Part shown: piece by piece, positions 59,455-64,000 of the stretch
Numbering within the stretch: the first letter of the stretch is position 1
Layout: every line of letters starts with the position of its first letter
Source of the DNA: Mariniblastus sp.
GTDB taxonomy: Bacteria > Planctomycetota > Planctomycetia > Pirellulales > Pirellulaceae
DNA: 64,000 nt
Direction of reading: 5' to 3'
Assembly (NCBI GenBank): GCA_031409295.1
Contig: JANNWZ010000154.1
Span: 19-64,018 of the forward strand
Notes under the pieces: model-generated
Databases searched by the model: none
The model's input: the letters and a program-made list of their open reading frames with translations, nothing else
What the model was told of the DNA's origin: nothing
Position numbers and translations under genes: made by a program

Positions 59455-61050
59455 ATGAAATACCTTATTCCCTCAATCATTGCCGGTCTGATTCTGATTA
59501 CGGCGGCGGCCGGATTTCATTGGTTTGTCAACCGCGTCTATGTCGAGCAAGGACAGAGCCTTCAACTGCGGTACAAGGGTCCATTTTTTGGGACCGCGAA
59601 AATGGCCAAAAAAGGCTATTGGGCCGAAGAAGGGGAAGTCGGAATCTTGAAAAACCTGCGCGGTCCCGGTCGGCATTTCTACTGCCCGTTGTGGTGGGAA
59701 CGAACCATTATTCCGGATGTCGAAATTCATCCGGGCCAAGTGGGAATCGTTACTTGCAAGCTCGGGGATGATCTTCCCGCCGGACAGTTCCTGGTCGACG
59801 GCGACATGGGTGAAACAATGTTCAAAGGCGTATTGCGAAAGGCCCTCAGCCCAGGTCGCTATCGTGTCAATAGTTACGGTTATGAAGTTAAAACGATTGG
59901 AACCGAACAACAAACTTCGGGCAAACAAATCAAGTACGGTGGCTGGGTCGTCGTACCAACTGGCTTTGTCGGCGTGATCACCAACCTTGCCGACAATCCA
60001 GCTACCGGTCAAACCAAAGGTGTGCAGAAGAAGGTCTTCCCGCCAGGTATTTACCCGGTCAATAATCGGGAACAACAAGTCGACATCGTCGAAGTTGGTT
60101 TTCGCAAGACAACGGTTTCAGTGGAAAAACAACGCAATCCGGATGGAACGTTGAAGTTGGATCTGGCCGGCGAGCCGATTGTCAGCAATATCAATGACGG
60201 TATCAATTTCCCGTCGGGTGACGGTTTCCCCATTCAGATGGATTTCACTGCGATCTGGGGTTTGACACCGGACCAGGCTTCCAATGCAGTGGAGATGTTT
60301 GGCAATATCGAAGAAGTCGAAAATAAAGTGGTTCAACCGCAAATCGAATCGATTTGTCGGAATAACGGTTCGAAATATACCGCGGTTCAATTGTTGGTCG
60401 GCGATGAACGGGAGAAATTCCAACAAGTCAATCGACTGGAACTGGAAAAAGTTCTCAAAGAAAAGAACATCCAATTGCTGTATGGCTTGATCCGTCAGAT
60501 TTATATTCCGCGCGAAGTTCGCGAGCCAATTCAGTCGGCCTTTATCGCTGACGAAAACAAAATTACCCGCGAACAAGAACAACTAACCGCCAAAGCCGAA
60601 GCCCTCCTTCGCGAAGCCGAAAAAAATGTCGGACTGGAAACCGAAAAAGTGGAAGTCGATACCGAACGCCAATATCAGGTCGAACTGGCCGAAGGAGATC
60701 GGGAAGCCAAAACGATCGACGCGCAGGCTTCGCGGATGGTGGCGGCGATCATGAAAGAAACCGCCGTTCTGAATGCCGAGGCAGCCACTCTGATCGGCGA
60801 AGCTGACAACAAAGGGAAACAGTTGATCGAAGAGGCTAAGGCCGATCAATTCCGGTTGGCGGTGGAAGCGTTCGGATCCGCCCGCGCCTACAATGATTGG
60901 GTTTTCGCCGAAGGCTTGCCCGATGATATCGATCTGAAACTAATGTACGCCGGTCCCGGGACGCTCTGGACCGACATGAAAGAAATCGGGTTGCAAGCGA
61001 CCGTTCCCATTGAACAAGCACCAACCGTAAAACCGCCGATTCCCAAATAG
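59455..61050 (+). CDS. SPFH/Band 7 domain protein (paralog of the upstream gene)
   Basis: TM, FPSGDGFPIQMDFTAIW, VVQPQIESICRNNG, IQLLYGLIRQI, coiled coil and YAGPGTLWTD. Confidence 0.85.
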   Translation: MKYLIPSIIAGLILITAAAGFHWFVNRVYVEQGQSLQLRYKGPFFGTAKMAKKGYWAEEGEVGILKNLRGPGRHFYCPLWWERTIIPDVEIHPGQVGIVTCKLGDDLPAGQFLVDGDMGETMFKGVLRKALSPGRYRVNSYGYEVKTIGTEQQTSGKQIKYGGWVVVPTGFVGVITNLADNPATGQTKGVQKKVFPPGIYPVNNREQQVDIVEVGFRKTTVSVEKQRNPDGTLKLDLAGEPIVSNINDGINFPSGDGFPIQMDFTAIWGLTPDQASNAVEMFGNIEEVENKVVQPQIESICRNNGSKYTAVQLLVGDEREKFQQVNRLELEKVLKEKNIQLLYGLIRQIYIPREVREPIQSAFIADENKITREQEQLTAKAEALLREAEKNVGLETEKVEVDTERQYQVELAEGDREAKTIDAQASRMVAAIMKETAVLNAEAATLIGEADNKGKQLIEEAKADQFRLAVEAFGSARAYNDWVFAEGLPDDIDLKLMYAGPGTLWTDMKEIGLQATVPIEQAPTVKPPIPK

Positions 61051-61252
61051 GTGTCTTCATTCTATTTTCAAGGTAATGTTCTCATTTGGTCGCAACAGGA
61101 GATGCAAGTTCCAGCCATCGCCGCCTCAAATCCAGGGATAATTTTTAGCAGTAATCGTGGGGGAATGGCGCTCACTGCCCGCCCCCTGTTGCCGTCGCCA
61201 ATCACCGATAAAATAGGCTTTTGTTCCTATAACTCTCAACTGGATTGAGACT

Positions 61253-64000
61253 GTGACGCACGGCATTTTATCTTCGGCGGCTCGCGATTCTGCTAACTTC
61301 CCTGCAACTACGACGCTGTGGCAGATCGACATCCGACCGGTAGCCGGTCAACCTGATCGGATCGCCGAAAAAATGCTCGCCGGCGCTAGCGACTGGCAAT
61401 TGCCAACTTCGATGCAGCTGATCGCCTCGCGCGGGTTTCTGATCCAGGGTACCCTCGACCGAGTAGCGGTCGAACAAATTTCCCGTAGGTTATTGGTCGA
61501 GCCGGTGGTGGAACAATCGCAATTGGCACCGATCGGTGATGAATCCTTTGCGGTTCCCTTAGCTTTACATCACGACCTGATTTACGTTTTGCCGTTACCT
61601 GGCGTGACCGATCCGGAAGCCGAAAGCGCTTTGCTGGCGATGCAAAATTTGGGGTACGACGTAGGGGCGGTACGTACGTATCGAAAGTATTGGGTTTCGC
61701 CGCTCTCCGACCAACAGCTGGAACTCCTCTGCTCGAAAGTGCTGTGCAATAGTTCCATCGAAATGATCGTGCGTGGCAAATTGGAGTTGAATGAATTGCA
61801 ACTTGGTCGACCCTACGAATTTCAACGAACGGAGATTCCGTTGGCTGAATTGTGCGAAGAGCAACTGGTGGAAATCAGCCGACAGCGGCAACTCAGTTTG
61901 TCGTTGATTGAAATGCAAACCATCCGCGAACACTTCCGGGCGCTCGATCGCGACCCAACCGATATCGAGTTGGAAACGATGGCCCAGACCTGGAGCGAAC
62001 ATTGCAGCCACAAGACACTGGCCGGTCGAATCGCCTATCGTGACGGCGATACCGAACGGACGTTTGACAACCTGTTGAAGGAGACGATTTTCGCGGCGAC
62101 GTTACAGATTCGCCAAGACCTTGGGATGGAAGATTGGTGCGTCAGCGTATTTGCCGACAATGCGGGAATCGTACGGTTCGACGACAATTTCAATGTAGCC
62201 TTCAAAGTTGAAACGCATAACCGTCCATCGGCGTTGGAACCCTATGGCGGAGCAAACACCGGTATCGGTGGCGTGATTCGCGATACGCTGGGAACTGGCA
62301 TGGGAGCCAAACCGATTTGCAGTACCAATGTGTTTTGTTTCGCGCCGCCGGCAACATCCCACGATCAGCTTCCGCCTGGCGTGATGCATCCCCGGATGAT
62401 CATGCAGGGTGTGGTGGCGGGCGTGCGAGATTATGGCAACCGGATGGGAATTCCCACGGTCAATGGTGCGGTTTATTTCGATCCGCGCTACGTGGGAAAT
62501 CCGTTGGTCTTTTGCGGCAATGTCGGCCTGGTTCCTCGCGACAAATCATTCAAAGAACCCCAGCCACATGATTTGATTGTGTCAATCGGCGGCAAAACGG
62601 GACGCGATGGCATTCACGGTGCGACCTTCAGTTCAGCAGAACTGACCGAAGACAGCGATATCATGTCCGGGGGTGCCGTGCAAATTGGCAACGCGATCAC
62701 GGAAAAAATGCTGATGGATGTAATGCTGCAGGCGCGCGATCTGAACTTGTACACTGCGGTTACGGATTGTGGTGCCGGAGGATATTCCAGTGCCGTCGGC
62801 GAAATGGGCGAAAAAATTGGTGCCGAAGTCTGGCTGGATCGCGTGCCACTGAAATACCAAGGACTGTCGTATACGGAAATCTGGATCTCCGAAGCTCAGG
62901 AACGGATGGTCTTTTCCGTGCCCGAATCGAATTGGGAATTATTCCGTGATTTATGTAAGGCAGAATCAGTTGTCGCCACGGTGATCGGACAATTCAAACC
63001 GACCGGTCAACTGGAACTCAAATACGGCAACGAATCGGTTGGCAACCTCTCGATGAAGTTCATGCACGACGGCCGGCCACGAGTTATTCGTGCCGCTGAG
63101 TTCGTCCCGCAACCGGTTACGAGTCTTACTGTTAAATCGCTGGCGTCGAATGCTACTCCCGACTGGAATCATGATTTGTTGAAAATTCTTGGCTCACTGA
63201 ACGTCGCGAGCAAACATTGGATCATTCGACAATACGATCACGAAGTCCAAGGCGGCAGCGTACTTAAGCCCTTGGTCGGAATCGATAACGACGGTCCTGG
63301 CGATGCGGCAGTTGTGCGTCCGGTGTTGAATTCGCGTCGTGGATTGGCGATCTCTTGTGGCATGAATCCATACTTCGGCGATCTCGACCCCTACCACATG
63401 GCCACCAGTTCGATTGACGAAGCCATTCGCAATTGTGTCGCGGTCGGCGCCGATCCACAACGAATTGCGATCCTCGATAATTTTTGTTGGGGCCACACCG
63501 ATCGCCCGAGCACTTTAGGTTCGCTAGTCCGCGCGGCCATCGCTTGCCACGATCTCGCGATCGAAATGCAGACTCCTTTTATCAGCGGCAAAGACAGCCT
63601 GCATAATGAGTTCAGTTACACGGACGCCAACGGCAATCGACAATCCATTTCCATCCCAGCTACTTTGTTGATCAGCGCGTTGGGTCAAGTGCCGGATGTC
63701 AGGAATTGTGTTTCCATGGATTTCAAGTCGGCCGGAAACTTGATTTATCAAGTGGGCCGAACCAAAGCCGAGCTCGGCGGCTCACACTGGTCGATGGTCA
63801 ATCAGGGCACAGGTGGGCAGGTTCCAACCGTCGATGCTAAATCCGCCAAACAGATTTTCACTGCAGTGCACGTCGCGATGAATGCAGGTTTGATCCGCAG
63901 TTGCCATGACCTATCCGAAGGAGGCCTGGCTGTCGCCGTCGCGGAAATGGCGTTTGCGGGAGGACTTGGCGCAACGCTAAACCTGGATCCGATTCCTACG
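61253..64000 (+). CDS. purL: Phosphoribosylformylglycinamidine synthase subunit PurL (partial; runs off the right edge)
   Basis: Manual translation in the frame starting at GTG 61253: TLWQIDI..., [112 protein letters not shown]. Confidence 0.95.
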   Translation, partial: MTHGILSSAARDSANFPATTTLWQIDIRPVAGQPDRIAEKMLAGASDWQLPTSMQLIASRGFLIQGTLDRVAVEQISRRLLVEPVVEQSQLAPIGDESFAVPLALHHDLIYVLPLPGVTDPEAESALLAMQNLGYDVGAVRTYRKYWVSPLSDQQLELLCSKVLCNSSIEMIVRGKLELNELQLGRPYEFQRTEIPLAELCEEQLVEISRQRQLSLSLIEMQTIREHFRALDRDPTDIELETMAQTWSEHCSHKTLAGRIAYRDGDTERTFDNLLKETIFAATLQIRQDLGMEDWCVSVFADNAGIVRFDDNFNVAFKVETHNRPSALEPYGGANTGIGGVIRDTLGTGMGAKPICSTNVFCFAPPATSHDQLPPGVMHPRMIMQGVVAGVRDYGNRMGIPTVNGAVYFDPRYVGNPLVFCGNVGLVPRDKSFKEPQPHDLIVSIGGKTGRDGIHGATFSSAELTEDSDIMSGGAVQIGNAITEKMLMDVMLQARDLNLYTAVTDCGAGGYSSAVGEMGEKIGAEVWLDRVPLKYQGLSYTEIWISEAQERMVFSVPESNWELFRDLCKAESVVATVIGQFKPTGQLELKYGNESVGNLSMKFMHDGRPRVIRAAEFVPQPVTSLTVKSLASNATPDWNHDLLKILGSLNVASKHWIIRQYDHEVQGGSVLKPLVGIDNDGPGDAAVVRPVLNSRRGLAISCGMNPYFGDLDPYHMATSSIDEAIRNCVAVGADPQRIAILDNFCWGHTDRPSTLGSLVRAAIACHDLAIEMQTPFISGKDSLHNEFSYTDANGNRQSISIPATLLISALGQVPDVRNCVSMDFKSAGNLIYQVGRTKAELGGSHWSMVNQGTGGQVPTVDAKSAKQIFTAVHVAMNAGLIRSCHDLSEGGLAVAVAEMAFAGGLGATLNLDPIPT

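Noticed and set aside
1-64000. Transposases, integrases, prophage genes, rRNA or tRNA
   Set aside because: No ORF with DDE, tyrosine/serine recombinase or phage structural motifs, and no rRNA/tRNA signature was recognised.

Overview
This 64-kb window is bacterial chromosomal DNA, most likely from a planctomycete (Pirellulaceae-like). The evidence is a DUF1559 prepilin-like gene, a PEP-CTERM protein, an LEPR-XLL/DUF4347 surface protein, an ASPIC/UnbV-TPR protein, a PQQ-type beta-propeller and planctomycete-type REP repeats. It mixes housekeeping genes (uvrD/pcrA, rlmN, csrA, fpr, valS, truD, carA, purL) with accessory loci. The best candidate for an undescribed system is at 1-11.7 kb. There, a giant DUF4347 beta-helix surface protein lies divergent from an operon of TolC, a plain membrane-fusion protein (MFP), a GAF-MFP fusion and a PqqD/RRE-like + site-2 (M50) protease + MFP fusion. 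No ABC ATPase or RND pump is present in this operon. Other notable items are: a B12-binding CarH-like regulator divergent from a furan/methyl fatty-acid-type operon; a MurB homolog lacking its catalytic residues next to an FtsQ-like gene; a tandem pair of repeat-extended SPFH proteins; a Rhizobiales-like rlmN; a DacZ-type diadenylate cyclase; a REP element translated inside a protein domain; and a 289-bp tandem duplication. I found no rRNA, tRNA, CRISPR array or transposase. All family assignments come from motif recognition by eye; no database searches were run.
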